Source of the DNA: Kondoa subrosea
Taxonomy: Eukaryota
Assembly (NCBI GenBank): GCA_039545335.1
Contig: BCIN01000008.1
Location: 941,528 to 1,005,527, forward strand
Length of the DNA stretch: 64,000 nucleotides
Direction of reading: 5' to 3'
How positions within the stretch are numbered: the stretch's first letter is position 1; every line of letters begins with the position of its first letter. The notes under the pieces were generated by a model. The model saw only the letters and a program-made list of their open reading frames with translations. It did not search any database and was not told where the DNA came from. Shown here piece after piece: positions 1 to 14,185 of the stretch. Both the position numbers and the translations under genes were made by a program.

Positions 1-1690
1 TCAATGGTCCATGCCATTTTTTATCATCTTTAAAAGATTCCCATGTATTCTCGAATCCCACCTCCACTTTCTCCAGCATCACAATTCGAGAAACGTACAC
101 CCAGTCCTTTGATATCAAACAAGTTGACAATAGGAACCGCATTCTTGCTTGATAGCTTTTGCTTGAAATGGCTCCAGCTTGAAGTATCAAGAGCTTCAAT
201 TCGAATGGTAAAACGCTCATTTGTTATATTTGATACCCAAATGAATAGTTGGAAAGGGATGTGGTCCTGGAAAAGCTGCAAACTTTTATTTCAACTCTCG
301 GAATCGGTAGAAGCATGAATAATTGGAAAGTCTGCCGGATATTCCGAGAAAGAAGCTCGCGAACAAGAAACTGCACTGTAGTAGCGTATGTGAAGAATAA
401 CATGTTGATTGCTGCAGCTTCTGCAAGTACGAGCATCGAACAGGTAGCAACGCAGTGAGCTTATGTCTGATGCATCGATGAAAGCTTGCTTGGGTTGGAT
501 TTTGCTGGCAATTGGAGAATGGATAACAACACTGTATGTACAGCAGGATATATTGACGCAAATGAGGTTCATGAACGAAGCATTCCAGGAAAACAGGTGA
601 CGGATGCTAAGCGATATACTGTGGGCTTGAAGATTTGGCCTGTTGACACCGCCAATCACAGACGGGATCTGAGAAAGTAGCCGAGCTTTATCAAGCCTTG
701 TAATCACCAGACAAAGAATTGAGCCTGATACTCCAGTAGGTTATTGCAACATGAGTTACGCAATTGCCGATGCAAGGCTGATCAATTGACAATACGGTAC
801 TTGTCGGAAAGCGAAAGCAGCTGCCCAGTGATACCCTCTATAGTTGCCAGACTTGCGAGCGAAGTCGTTGATGTTGTACCAGATCTACGTCCAGATCAGC
901 GAGGGATAGATCTTCTTGCTCATTACCAGTTGAGCTGATCGGCGAATGACAAAGATATAGAGAATACGTGTGTGATAGAGGTATAGGAAGAGCTGCAGAA
1001 CTTGGAGCTGAATTATCTTCGCCTAGATCTCAGCACAATTCACCGTGTTTGACAATAACAAATGAAGCTGTTCTCAGTCCTGCTTGATATGCGGATGATC
1101 TGTAGGCTCTGGTATCGTTCTTTCGCGGGTATTGGCATATCGTGCTTCAGGTTTGCAAGGTCGCTGAACGAGAGCAAGCTTGCCCCGTGACGATCGTGAT
1201 GAACTGGCCCACTTGCAATAAGTCTACTAGTAGTCTACTAGTAGTCTAGTCCTTGCCAAAGATGCTCAGTACACCAACTGCAGAAGTGAGCTTGCCTCAA
1301 CAGAAGAGCTCTTGCGACGGCTTCAGACAAGCATTGATACTCCTTCTGACCCACAAACGCTAGTTTACAGCTCTCAGCACGTGCAATGTTCCATTCAACG
1401 GAGCAGCGATAAGAGACGCTGGCTGGTATGCCCATAACTTTCTATCGGCCAGAATATGAATCCTTTGGCTGATCTCAGCTCTGTGTGAAACTTCCACGCC
1501 GAAGTTCACGCCTATGGGTTCATTTCACTATGCATCTACTGTATGTAAAAAGCACCTCTTCAAAGTCTGGCGTTTCCGCTCCTGTATGCAGACTAAATAG
1601 GTGCAACATGCGGTTTCTTATGACTTCGTGTGTCATCTTGTTCGCTTGTATGCTTCTTCTTCTCCTTCCTCCAAACCATTACTTTCGCGC

Positions 1691-1712
1691 TCTCTCTCTC
1701 TCTCTCTCTCTC
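1691..1712. repeat. (TC)n microsatellite
   Basis: About 11 TC units just upstream of the ATG at 1742. Confidence 0.9.
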
Positions 1713-1741
1713 CCTCTTTTCCTGGGTCTTGTATTTACATC

Positions 1742-3720
1742 ATGCCAACCCTGTCTGAAAAAGGATGGTCACTTCAAGTGGACGGCTCATATGAACGCAA
1801 ATTATATGGCGAAGAGTCTACTCTCCTATACGTCAGGTGAATGAACACTCGTGCCCACGTCTACATCGGATACTTACTCCGCTTGCATTGGCAGTCGACC
1901 CAATCCAAACTTCGTGCTTGGTAAGCTTGCGCTCCTCTGTATGGTAGCACGACTGTTGACTCATTCTTTAACAGGAGGTCAAATGACATTCCGTACTATG
2001 AAATCAATTGCCGCGTTAGAATTCGATAAGCAAATCAAATCCGCTTGGATTCGCTTACGGTACATTTTCCCCGAACTCGCTGCTAGAGGTTTGGTCAGTG
2101 ATTGGAATGATCCTTCAACTTTCAAATTATCATACATGCCAGCAAGTACTGCAACAGTCGCAAATTGGGCGGATCAAACTATGTTGCGCCAAGAACCGAT
2201 GAGCGGTGATACGCTTTATAAGCAATACTTTGGCTCTGTAGTCAGACCGAATGACCAGCATCAAGTTATTGTTCGTTATGCTCCGGAAAAAGAAGGGGAC
2301 TGCTGCGCTTTTCATCTATTGTGAGTTCCGAGGCAAATAACATCATCAATAGCAATTGATGCATTGACAGCTTTACTTTTGGTCATTGGTTAACAGATGC
2401 AAGAGGAATGTTTATGCTATTTGAAGAGCTGTTAAAATTCCTCGAAGAACCTTTGTCAGCAGTACAAGGGTTAAGTTGGCCAATGGAGGTAAACAATCTG
2501 CAGGCGACCTTTGTGAGTCGTTTCTTAGAGAATTCAAGCAACCTTTCCGACATTTTTAAGCAGACTGTAGCAGCTGGATTGCGCAAATTTGTATCGGAAA
2601 ATGTCTTGAACGTGGTAGAAGGGTTCGAAGATATTTTACAAGAGAAACTAGCTGGTGCAGCAGCCGATATGGTCAGTCAACAGGGATACGCAGATCCTTA
2701 CTCACACTTTCCGTTTAGCCGGCCTATATGGGTGCACCAATCGCTTCGAAATCGGTTGCGTCTGATTTGAATAACAAGTATAAGATGCTGTCTAGTCAAC
2801 TTCGATACTCTGCTTCCGATACGTCTCGATTCGTCACTGCTTGCCGTAAGAACCAGACTGGAGTTGGCTCTCTTTTCGCCCTGCTGTCGACTATCGCGTT
2901 CGTTAGCTTCGACGCCCCCAATTCTTTGGAAAGACTAGAAGCATCAAATACTCTTCAGATGGCTATCACTCCTTTAGATTTCCGCTCGCGTATCACAGAT
3001 GAGTTCGGTGGACCTTCGAAGTACTTTTCGCCAACTTGTAAGTCTCTTCTTGCTACCTTGGTTATCCGGAATTCATGGTTCTTTAGTGAGCGGTGCAGGT
3101 GTATCTTTTTCAGCTGCCGAGGCTCTACTTTTGGTCAAGAATCCAGAAGCGATCGACACACAAGTTAAACTCTGGGAATTTGCTGCTAAAGCCAAACAGG
3201 ACCTTATGAAAGCTAAAGTCAGTCAGAGCGAATCTTACTGCCTGGTCTTTTGCTCATCTAAGAGTTGCCTATTAGACTGGTCATACATTTTTGGAACATA
3301 CGCCCAGATTTTGCGATGAGATCAATCCTCGCCTGTGTAAGTTTTGCGGTCTGAATGTTGGACCAGCTCACGTTGAGATAAATAGTGGATCAAATCTTCT
3401 TTGCAGCCAAAGATTGGCAAACATTCTATTCTTCGCCTGGCAGACTATCAGAATTTATACCTTCAGCTTTCGATTCGACCAGAAATTGGACCGCAGAAGA
3501 TCCAAGGCAAGGTACTGCGAGCGAGTTTGCCGTATTGGGCGTGTTAGCTTGGGGTAAGCGCTTATCTTTCGTTGCTGTCGGACTGGCTGACGAGAATGGA
3601 TCAGAGTGGAACGGCGAACTTATCATTGACTGCTTCATCAACGAAGCAAGAATGTCACAAGCAGAATTGGATCGCTATGCGGGCGAGTTACGCAGTTGGG
3701 GAGAGAAAGTATTGCTTTAG
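1742..3720 (+). CDS. CoA-dependent acyltransferase, Tri3/alcohol O-acetyltransferase-like (multi-exon)
   Basis: Exons read MPTLSEKGWSLQVDGSYERKLYGEE..., then AWIRLRYIFPELAA, and an HxxxD-type motif GHWLTDARG at 2381-2407. GT-AG introns link ORFs 1601, 1851, 2408, 2728, 2999 and 3385. Confidence 0.65.
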
Positions 3721-3897
3721 ATCCATCATACGAGCAAAGCTACTAGTATAGTCGCAATTGCAATGAATGAGGCGTTTTGCGGGAATGCGAATACATTGTC
3801 CTCGTCTGCGACTGGTATTATGGCAGAATATGATGAAATAATAAGTAAATGCGACGCGCTTGAGAACAAGCTTGTCCAACACCAAACACATCTCGAA

Positions 3898-5520
3898 ATG
3901 GATCTACAGGAAGTATACGCCTTCGCAAAGGAGCTCAGCATACAAGCTGGAAAGGAGATCAAGCTCGCTTCAGGTGCGTGACTCGTACAGAGACTTAGCA
4001 TGCATTGACCGTCATTTGATCAGATAAACGCTGGGCTGGCAGCTCTTCCTTGGATACGAAGCTGAATGTGAGTAGCTCCTTTCAGTATTGGTCATATGTG
4101 ATTATTCAAGCAGTCTGTCGGTATGTATGTTGCAACATAGATAGTTTACACACATAACGTAAACTGGGCAGATCTGGTCACCGAAACGGATCAGCGAGTA
4201 GAGAAGCTTGTTATCGAGTCTATCAAGTCAAAATACCCTGATCATGTCTTTATCGGTCAGTCTTCACCTCGCTCGAAACATGTCTTTGCTGACTTTATAA
4301 CAGGCGAGGAAAGCTATGCTGCCGGAGAGCGAGTCACTCTAGACGATAGACCGACTTGGGTAAGCTTTAACCCTTTCGCTTTTCGCTGGAGGCGCGCTGA
4401 CGAGTCTCAAGATCGTAGATCCCATTGACGGGACAACAAATTTTGTCCACGGATTTCCAATGGTATGCATCAGGTACTTAGGTCTTGTTTGGATCATGCA
4501 GCTCTGAATTTGCTCAATAGCATCGGTTTCTGCGTTAACAAGAAACCAGTTATCGGCGTAGTCAATTGCCCTTTCCTCAATATCATGTATCATGCTCTGC
4601 AAGGTGATTCAAATCTCTGATGCAAATCTCTTTCAAACTCCCTCCGTAACTTTGAATGCTTTCTTCAGGTCATGGTGCTTATCAAAACGAAACTCGTCTT
4701 CCTCTGTCACAACCTTCTCCGCCAGCACTAGAATCCCTCAGTCAAGCACTCATAGCAGTGGAATGGGGTAACCTTCGATCCAAAGCAGGTTCTATCATCT
4801 TCCTTTTTTGTGCTGTCCTAATTGAGCGAATAGGACGTAATGCAGAAGAAATGTGATTCGTTTACTCGACTAGCTGGTGATCCAGCTTCAATTCCCAAAG
4901 GTATCATGGCGCATTCGCTAAGAAGCCTAGGGTGAGTTCACTTCTTTTCGCGCTATTGCTTAATCAATACGAAAATGACTTCTAGATCCGCTGCGATCAA
5001 CTTCTCTATGGTCGCTACTGGTATGAGAAGAACCGTTGGTTGTGTGGGTCTTCTGACATGTAGCTTACAGGACAAATGGATATGTATTGGGAGATTGGTA
5101 GGTCTTTTCCCATTTGACGGCGGTTGCGCTCAATGCCTAGATAGGTTGCTATTCCTGGGNAAAGACTCATTTTGCATGATACTGGCATGAATGGCGCTGA
5201 ATTATTGCATGAATAGGATGTATGCGCAGGATCGGTGATCGTAGCTGAATCAGGCGGAAAAAGTTATGGTCGCAACGCGGGAACGTTTGACGAAACAGCC
5301 CTGCAAGGTGAGAGATTGTCTTACTAATCCCTCCAACTTTTTCTGATAAGGTGGAATAGGGCGACACTTCTTCACTATTCGTGCTATGGAAGGAGGTGAA
5401 GCAGCTCAGGATAAATTAGCTGCCGAATTCCACTCGGTTATAGAGGTTTGTCCGACTTATGCTCCTTCCCGCTCGAATACATAGCCAATGGCAATCTTTT
5501 AATAGGACTGGGAGCCATGA
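3898..5520 (+). CDS. Inositol monophosphatase, housekeeping type (many microexons)
   Basis: [58 protein letters not shown]; stop TGA at 5518-5520. Confidence 0.9.
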
Positions 5521-5705
5521 AAAAGTAGTTAAGGAAGAACATGAAACAATATGCAATTGCTAGAAACTATAGACATTTGTGAAGTTGCTCCGCTTCCATT
5601 TCATGCCGCGTGAACCAAATAAAGATACCCTCCCTTCAGCATACAACCTATGAACAGCCTCCTCTTCTTCTTTCTTATATACAACCTTCCTCCTAGCCCA
5701 ATCGT

Positions 5706-7551
5706 TTACACCTCAACATGATCACTTCTGCCAATCACCAACTCTTCATCCTCCTCATCCCACATAGGTGGAGCACTAGCTTCTTCTTCTACTTCCTCAA
5801 GTTCAGGCGGAGCAGAAGGAATGATCTGGGTATTGAAACCAGTATAAGAAACTTGAACAGCTTTAGGTGGTTCAGGTAATGATCCGTCCCCATTCTCTTC
5901 TTCTTTGTGTGGGAATTGATATGAATAAAGTTCGGAATGATCTTCATAACCTTCTTCATCTACTTCTAAAACAGGTGCACTACCCACTTGAGTAGCTAGA
6001 GAACCAACAGATTGTTCGGTTTGAGGAGCTGAAGCCAGAGTATGGATTTCTCGAAGTCTTGATTTCTCATCTGTTGCTACATGGGCCACATACATTGATC
6101 GATCTGGTTCTTGATCTTCTTCTTCCATGTGCGCATATTCTGGTTGACTTTCTACTTCAGGTTCAGGAGGATGACGCATAGCTGATTTCTCTGCTTGACG
6201 AGGTGTCTGAATAGTCGTCGCAGCAGAAGGAGGGAGTGTAGAAGAGCCTTGACCTGTAGCGACAGCATACGAAGGAGTAGCAGTACTTGCTCTAGCTGGT
6301 CGATATGCTGGAGGTGAAGCGACGACGGATCCGCGACGTGAACCAGAAGGAGAGATGACAGAGAAGATACTTCGACGTCTTGTGTGAGTGGAAGGAGAGT
6401 CGGATTGCGCCTCCTCGTTTGTAAGAGCAGTTCGAGAATTAGTAGGTTGCAATTGTTCGACTCCCTCTTCTTCTCCATCCGAGTCATGTCCGCTCCTGCT
6501 GTGCTGACCAGTACTGGACTGTACTGACCGGCGTGAAGTAGACGACCGATGTCGTAAAGAGCCGTTGACGGTTTGAGTCAATTCCAAAGCTGAAGCGGTT
6601 AAAGGAGTAGTAATCATTTCCGATGGCACCAGAATAACTTTAGGTTTCCTTCTTGCACCTCTAACGATTCTCTGTTTTGTTTTCCTCAATTTCTTGCGAG
6701 CTTGATGAATCATTCTTTCCCTTGAAGTCAATCCGCCTAAATCCGAAATTGAATTGCTAGCAAATTCCACATCTTCAAACTTCTTGGTCTTGCTTAAACG
6801 TTTCTTTCTAGATCGTTTAACGGTAACACCTCCTATGATTCCAAAAATAGAACAAAAGAGTAGAACCGACGCAATAATGATGAGCGGGACGGTATAAAAA
6901 GCTGTTCTTTCTCGACTGCTGGACCATCCAGCTGGAGCAGAGACTTTAGCGTATTGTGCTGTATCTGTTGTTGCAGCTGCTGAAGCGGAGGCAGTAGCTG
7001 TTGCATAGATTTGCGTGAAAGTGGAAGAAGGTGTTAATCCATTAGAAAAAGTAGATGAGATAGCTTCTGGATCTTCTTGTATGGCTTCTGGCGGGTCGTT
7101 GGGGTCCTCGTCATCGGCAGTAGAAGGGTCAAAACCATCGTTGGCGCTAGTAAGAATAACTTTGCCCTTGACGCCGTATAACTTCCAATCATCTGATAGC
7201 TGCCATTTCCCATCCACGTACTCGTAATAAGGTAAGATTCTCTTGTGTAGAGAAGGAGGAGAGGGAGAGGTAGGGGTAGAAAAGAAAGGAGCGCCACGTG
7301 CTGAAGTGCCAGATACGAGAGTTGAAGTGATTAGGCCAGCCAAAGCTTGACAAGTGCATGGCAGCTTCTTCTTGCGTCTCCTTCGCCGAGCTGTGCATTC
7401 AACAACATAATTAGTTCGAATTCGCACGTATCGACGGGAAAGACATAGAAATAGCCTTCCCGTGTTCAAAAGATTTGCGTTTCAACTTACGTCTGTTCGC
7501 GGACCTCTCTGTGTAATACTCAATAGTCCTACTTGAAGGCCCTGCTTCCAT
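5706..7551 (-). CDS. Hypothetical single-pass membrane protein, Ser/Thr- and acidic-rich
   Basis: 587-aa ORF with one TM segment (VPLIIIASVLLFCSIFGIIGGV) followed by a basic stretch. A short first exon (MEAGPSSRT...) ends at a GTAAG donor near 7490. Confidence 0.7.
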
Positions 7552-7901
7552 TTCCACTCCCTTTCAAGGTCTGAGCGATAAGTGAACCCCGCTTGCGATT
7601 TCCAGGCCAACACAATATTCCCCAAAAAGGCTTTAATTCCGCGTTTTGCTAGGGTAATACAAGGGCCAGAGGTGTGTATCTACCAGGCCAGTAACAGGCA
7701 GAGGGTATTCCGAGGTCTCCCAGTCGGTTGTAGTCTGTTAGGAGAAGAGATTTATTATTGCGACTCCAATAATCGGTTATATGGCCGGGAACGACTCTAA
7801 GTATAGAGCAAGAATCGAAATTCTTCTTTGACCGAAAGAAGCGATTATTACTGTATAACACTGACACCTACGTATATATACTACTGATACAGCACACGAC
7901 T

Positions 7902-9870
7902 TCACGATTGCGCTTTCTCCTCAACTTTACTCCAGAAATCCCGTTCTCGCATATCGTCCACTTTGTCCACACCAGCAGACTTCACTTCGTCATACTCCGC
8001 TGTTTCTTCAGGTATCGCACTATGCTTCTGTCTTGCTTCCCTTTGAGCCGCTGCAACTCTTGATAACGCGTTGAGTAAAGAAGGTGTAGCTTCAACTGGA
8101 ACTGCGCTTGGCAAGTGATTCACAGGAGTAGACATCGTCGGTATCACTGCAGAAGGAGAAGGAAGAAGAGGAGGAGGTGTTGAAGTTCTGCTTTCTTCAA
8201 AATTCTGTCCTCTAAGACCTTGGTATCGAGCTGGTTTTTTGTTTCGATCGCCAAACATCTTTCCTAATAGACCTGGAGACTTGGATTGAATAGGTTGAGT
8301 AGGTAAAGAAGGTAAAGAAGTTTCTTCATATTCATCTTCCGAAGCAGCATCGAATTCATCCTTTTTCCCATCTTTGTTGTAAGCTGATACTAGAGTGTTT
8401 GAGCTCGCATATGAAGCTAAAGAAGTAGATCGTTGTCCATAAGTATCTACCGGACCATCATATCGCTTTTCTTCTCTAGTCGGTGATCGAACGGATTTGA
8501 ATCGAGCAGGTAGATCAGTCAAAGGAGATTGTTGATCTTCCGCGAAGAGAGTAGTACTAGTAAGAGAAGATCGATGTTTGTTCTTAAACATAGACCAGAA
8601 AGATTGCTCAGGTGCCCAAACTCCTTTCCGACCATTGAAAGAAACGTCCATATCTTTCTCTTCATCGATGAAGTGATGTAGATAACTGACGTTTCAATCA
8701 GCTTGGATTATTCATCATGAGGTATACATACGCATTGAAAGTCGCATCCGGATCTTCGCCAACCCGAGAATACAACCACCATTGAATGCCAGTCGCAAAG
8801 AAGCCTAATAACCAAGTTCCAGCTAGCAATCCTTTGAATTCCTTCGAGTTCCAATTCACAGTCATTGTATCTCCTATTGTAGTATAAGAAGGAATACCAT
8901 TCGGTTTAAGGAAAAGACCAGGTAAATCGATGAAACCGATTTGTTTGTGAAAATCGATAGCGCAAGCGATCAACCATGCACCGGCGATTGAAGAGAAGAA
9001 GCAGAGTGATTTTGATGATAGAGAAGGCCGGATTGCTGGAAGAGCTACAATACAGGACATGATGAAGGCGAATACCAATGGAACTATAAGAAAGACTTGA
9101 CGGAAGACTGAATTTGTCATTTGGAAAGATCCGAGCAAAAGGTTGGCACTGTCAAGAGCTGTTAGCGAGGCCCGAGAACATATGATTCTACTGACAGAGC
9201 GAGTCTAGCGCACGGGATCAGCTAGATTAGGCAAATGAGGGCTAAAGCTTACCCTCCTACTAGACCTTGAGTAGCACGACCAACATAATGCGATCTTGCT
9301 GAAAGCAGACCTCCAATTACGCTTGTGACGATCAGGATAGCTAGTAAAGCCATAGATGAAATTGGACTAGTTGTGCGACCTTCTTTTTTTGACAAGACCA
9401 CCAGCATCACGAATATCGAGGCGAGTGCTAATGTATGCGTAATCAGCTGCAGTAGCTCTTATGCCTGTCGACTTACGAAAGAAGATTACTCCGCCTATGA
9501 AACCACCTAAACCTGAAGCGAAATATGCTCTGCTTGAAGGATTGCCTTGTTCCTTGCCCATCTTGTTACCCCATCTCAAAGCTCGAACGTAGATAAAGCA
9601 AGAAGCCAGTCCTAGTATAATCATCGAAGCGGACAGAAGCACTCGAGCTAGAGAAGGTAAATCTTGGATCAGTACGCTGAGCATACCTAGACCTGTGCTC
9701 GATGTGGAAAGATCAGATGTAGCGGTCACTTGAAACCGAGGCTTGCTAGTAGTCGGATCAGATATAGCTTGAAGACTTTCTCGCAAGTGTGCTGCCTTCA
9801 TTTGATCGCTCCATGATTTCAAAGCTTCGTAGATGGCTGCACCATCTAATGAAGTACTTGTGAAGGACAT
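7902..9870 (-). CDS. Multi-pass membrane protein (DUF4203/TM7S3-like) with disordered C-terminal tail
   Basis: Hydrophobic ORFs 9367-9870 and 8698-9138 (SSIAGAWLIACAID..., LGFFATGIQWW) spliced to ORF 7902-8651. Confidence 0.6.
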
Positions 9871-10225
9871 GGTAGCACGTTGGGTGTAAGAGAAGAGCGC
9901 AAACGAAAATGGAAATGGAAACGAGCATGAAAACTGGACTCCTATGAATGCAAACGCGTGATCTGGGAGAGAGCTCTACGATAGCGACACAGAGATACGC
10001 TAAACGCGATCAGACGGCAAAAGAAGCGCGAGACCTTTGTTCAAGAGCAAGCTGCAATGCATTGTTTTTCGTTTCGAGTGCACCAAGTGATGACGCAACT
10101 TCGGACTTTCACCTTGACGTCTGTCTCTTCTGCTATGCTCTGTGATGAACCGATGTATTGTAACATTGTAGTCATTTCATCAAAAGTACATAATTCCCAA
10201 GTATTGCAATAACCCAGTCTCGCAT

Positions 10226-12534
10226 TTACACTTCCTCTGACTTCTCGTAATATCCAGCTGCTGCTTTCTCTTGGGCCACAATCCTGTTTGCTCCACGAGC
10301 CTGTTCGATGATCTCCATAGTTTTGGCTCTTTTTTGAGATGCACGGCCCGGTACACTGAACAAGATATCCATCTGATGACTAATGTCAGACCAGCAACAA
10401 GCCTTGCAGGAGAATTCTTACCTCTTCCAGCGAGATACCTTTTGTCTCGGGCACAAACAGGAAGACAAAGATCAATCCGAGGACTACAGCCGTTCCAAAG
10501 AGAATAAAGACACCGTAAGTGATGCTCTTGACCATGTAAGGGAAGCTGGTGGATGGAAAAGCGAGCTCAGTATATATTGTTATATAAAGACGGAGAGACA
10601 TACGAATAAGCAATGATGAATTGAGCTAGCCATTGTGCCATAGTCGTGATCACAACACAGACAGCTCGAACACCAGAGGGGAAGACCTCGGCACAGAAGA
10701 CCTGGAAAAATGTCAGCGCAAATAAATGAGAGGGTTGGACAGGGTATTTACCCATGGAATGCCGTTCCAGGAGAAGGCATAAAAGACCGCAAAGAGGTAG
10801 ATTGCGACTAAGGCAAAGTATGCTCCTCCGTCAAGAGCTGCCGAAAAGAGAACATCACATCAGCTACGACACAAGAATCTCGAGGCCTTGACATACGAGG
10901 TGGAGCATTGAAGGAATTGCTGACGGCAGAATACACGGCAATATAATAGTGACTGAAAGCAGCGCCAACTGAACCGATTAAGAGAGCTTTGCGTCTTCCG
11001 AGGCGATCAATACCAACAACCATCTGAATGAAGAATCGTCAAATGTGAATACTTCACAACAAGATTGAATTTGCTTACGAAAATGAGAGTCGCGACAGCC
11101 TTGACGATACCGTATATACCAGTAGCCAAAAGACTGACGTTCGTTCCGGTGAATCCGATGGACTTTACAATTGTAGGCGAGTAGTAGCTATGCACATAAA
11201 GTCAGAAGATATCTTGTGACCAGAAAGAGCAACCTACTTGAGAGCATTGATGCCGCTAAAATTTTGGAAAAACATCAAAGCCACGCCCAAGCCTAGACGC
11301 TTCAAGATACTGGGTTGACTCATAACACGGAGCTTGCTGGCCAAAGAAGTTTCTCCTTTGGTGATTGCCAAATCTCCAGCAAGTTGTTGCTCGATCGCAT
11401 TGACTTCGTAATCGATGTACTACCGAAAGATATGACTTTAACATGCGTTCTTTCAAAGAGGCATACAGGCTTACCTCATGATCTACAGGAAGATTTCGCA
11501 GAGTAGACAGCACCTTGCGAGCTTGATCAATTTTGCCCCGTTCAACAAGATAACGAGGACTCTCTGGCTGCAAGATCATAGCCGCCAACAATAGCGCAGC
11601 TGGAGCGAGTTGTAAACCGAAAGTGATACGCCACTGACTATTGGATGCTGCCATAGTTGTAGAGACACCCTATACGTAGCGATATAAGATACGTATTCAT
11701 CTCATAGTCTCTCGTAAGGGGAAAACAAACGTAGTTGACCCAGAAGCTAACCGATATAGGTGAATTAAGCGCGGGGCAAAGATATGAAAAATGCACGACT
11801 TACCCAATAACCAGCCAGAATTGCAGCTGAATCTCAAAGATACCAATCAATCTTCCTCTGAGAGCAGGTGGAGCGCATTCCGAGATGTATAAAGGTACAA
11901 TCAAAGACGAGGAACCAACACCGAGACCGGTTAAGACACGTCCACCGTCTACAGGCGTATGAACGTCAATGTAGAGCACCAGTAGTAGCCACCTGATACT
12001 CACAGATCATGCCAAGGCCAGTTGCAGCAGTTTGGATAGCAGCACCGATAGCGAAAAGAAGACCAGCGATCAGAAGACCAGGTTTTCGACCAAGCTTTGT
12101 AAGGATAGGATAGACGAAGAGTGCTCCGAAGAAGCAACCTCCTTGGAAAGTAGACACTGTTTGGATTGATTTAGGCTTAGGGGAATGTAAATGAATGCGC
12201 GAAGACTGACCGATATGCGACGACAATTCAGTAGCAGTTGCGGCATTGAGTCCAAATCGGCTGCGAAAAGCAGGTAAAGCGATTGTTCCGCCAATGAAAG
12301 CCGAATCGTAACCTATAAAGCAAAATTTAGTGGGCACGAAGGAAGCACGTAAAACTTGGCATACCAAACATAGCGGAAGCAAAGGAGGCCGAGAAGGCAA
12401 GGGCGTATGGTCTCCATCCATACACTTGAGAAGGAGCAATGTGCTCGCTATCGGACAATATTACTTGTTAGCTTTAGGTTGATCAACCGGATGCGACAAA
12501 CTTACGACTGATCTACTGGACTGAAGATACCCAT
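10226..12534 (-). CDS. qutD: Quinate permease (MFS sugar-porter family; QutD/qa-Y-like)
   Basis: N-terminus MGIFSPVE...[68 protein letters not shown] and [10 protein letters not shown] motifs; cluster context. Confidence 0.88.
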
Positions 12535-12562
12535 GTCGACTATTCGCTGATGTACTCTGACT

Positions 12563-12568
12563 GTGGGG
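12563..12568 (+). promoter_or_regulatory. Possible CreA/Mig1 catabolite-repression box (SYGGRG)
   Basis: GTGGGG in the ~180 bp divergent permease/dehydratase promoter. A 6-mer can occur by chance. Confidence 0.2.
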
Positions 12569-12714
12569 AGCAGGTCAAGGTTCAGGGAAAAGCCACAGAA
12601 TTCAAAATGGGGCCTCAAATTTCAAACGGGAAGCGGGCAATAGTTTAGTCGCATGGTAATCTTTTTTTTCTGTTTGCTAGATTGCCTGGCCGGCTGTAGC
12701 CTTGTCAAGCAGCT

Positions 12715-13820
12715 ATGGCGCTCTCTATTGCAACACTTTCATTGGGAAGTTGCCAACATCACGGACTTATCGACAAGTTACGAACAGCCAAAATAGCAGG
12801 CTATGATGCAGTAGAATGTAAGCTCCAATCCCTCATGTCGCGGATCGAAAGATATGAACAACTACATTGTAGTATACTATCCGGATTATCTTGCTTGGGA
12901 GAAAACAGTCATTCCGGGATTGTATGTGGCCGGCGATGAAGCATCTCTCAGGGCAGCCAGCAAACTCAAAAAGATCTGTGAAGATATGAACTTGACGCTC
13001 TGCTTGATGCAACCCATTATGGATTTCGAAGGTTGCTTGGTAGTGGAAGATCGGGAAGAAGCAATGGCCAAAGCAGAAGCCTGTCTACGCATTACTGCAG
13101 CTCTTTCGATCCCTATGGTACTCATCGCATCGCGTTGGCAACCTTCTGTACCCATTTCTTCCGATATCGAAGTGATTTCACAAGATTTGGCTGAACTAGC
13201 TGATTACGCTGCTACCCTACAACCTCCTGTCAAAATTGCGTATGAAGCCATCGGATGGGGATCGGTAGTCAACAGGTGGCAGCAAGCGTGGGAAGCAGTA
13301 CAGTTAGGAGATCGCCCACATCTTGGTTTAGTTGTGGATACATTCAACTGGCTGGCAAGAGAGTATGCGGATCCTTTCACACAAGGAGGCATCAAGCAAG
13401 GAGGTCGAGAGGAGTTCGACGCGTCTCTGAGCGAGTTCGTGCAATGTGTGCCGGGAGACAAGATCTTCTTCCTTCAGATAGCGGATGGCAAACGCTTTTC
13501 CAAACCACTTGTTCCATCGGGTGAAGATCTTCCTCTCTTGCTGCAATGGTCTCGAAAACATGTAAGTACTTCGATTTGTGTCTGATAGACCACGAGCACG
13601 GTTGACTCTGGTTGCTCAGCGACTATTTCCATGCGAAACAGCTCACGGCGCCTATCTTCCTATTCTTCCTATCATTCGAGCATGTCTCTCCTTGGGCTAC
13701 ACTGGACCTCTTTCGCTCGAAGTATTCAACTCGAGTCTTCTGAGCCAAGATCCCACAACTGTTGCTCTTCATGCCAAGAGAGGAATGCAAGGGTTGCAGC
13801 AAATGCTCTTGAGACTTTAG
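12715..13820 (+). CDS. qutC: 3-dehydroshikimate dehydratase (QutC/qa-4-like, xylose isomerase/AP-endonuclease-2 TIM barrel)
   Basis: SIATLSLG, IAYEAIGWG, VDTFN, FFLQIADG, WSR..RLFPCE..GAYLP, GYTGPLSLEVFN; two introns. Confidence 0.88.
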
Positions 13821-14185
13821 AATGCCAGTCAGTGGTCTTGCTACGCAGTCTTTGCATCGCTGACTTGTGTGCATAGCTCGTGGATCACCGGTGCCGCATA
13901 TATAGGGACTTTCTTCTTCGATGTAACATAGCGATACCGTCATATACTTCATTGTCCAAAGCATAGAGATGATCACCACCCAATTGATCGACACTCGACT
14001 CGAGCAGACAGGTTTGATTGAGACATGTTGCGTGACTATATGACCAGTGTGCGAAGTTCTTGTAAAAAAGAAGAGAGACAAAGAGAGAGGCAGAGAGAAA
14101 GAGAAAAAGAGCGGCTTCGAGAGAACGCAGACAAAATTTTCTGCCGCAATTATATACAAGAAGATACCTTCTGTTTAAACCCTGC

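Noticed and set aside
1221..1250. Short tandem repeat of AGTCTACTAGT
   Set aside because: Fewer than three units and no spacers; not CRISPR-like or otherwise interpretable.
1..1450. Short ORFs on both strands, possibly a decayed gene
   Set aside because: No recognisable motif or consistent spliced frame could be assembled.
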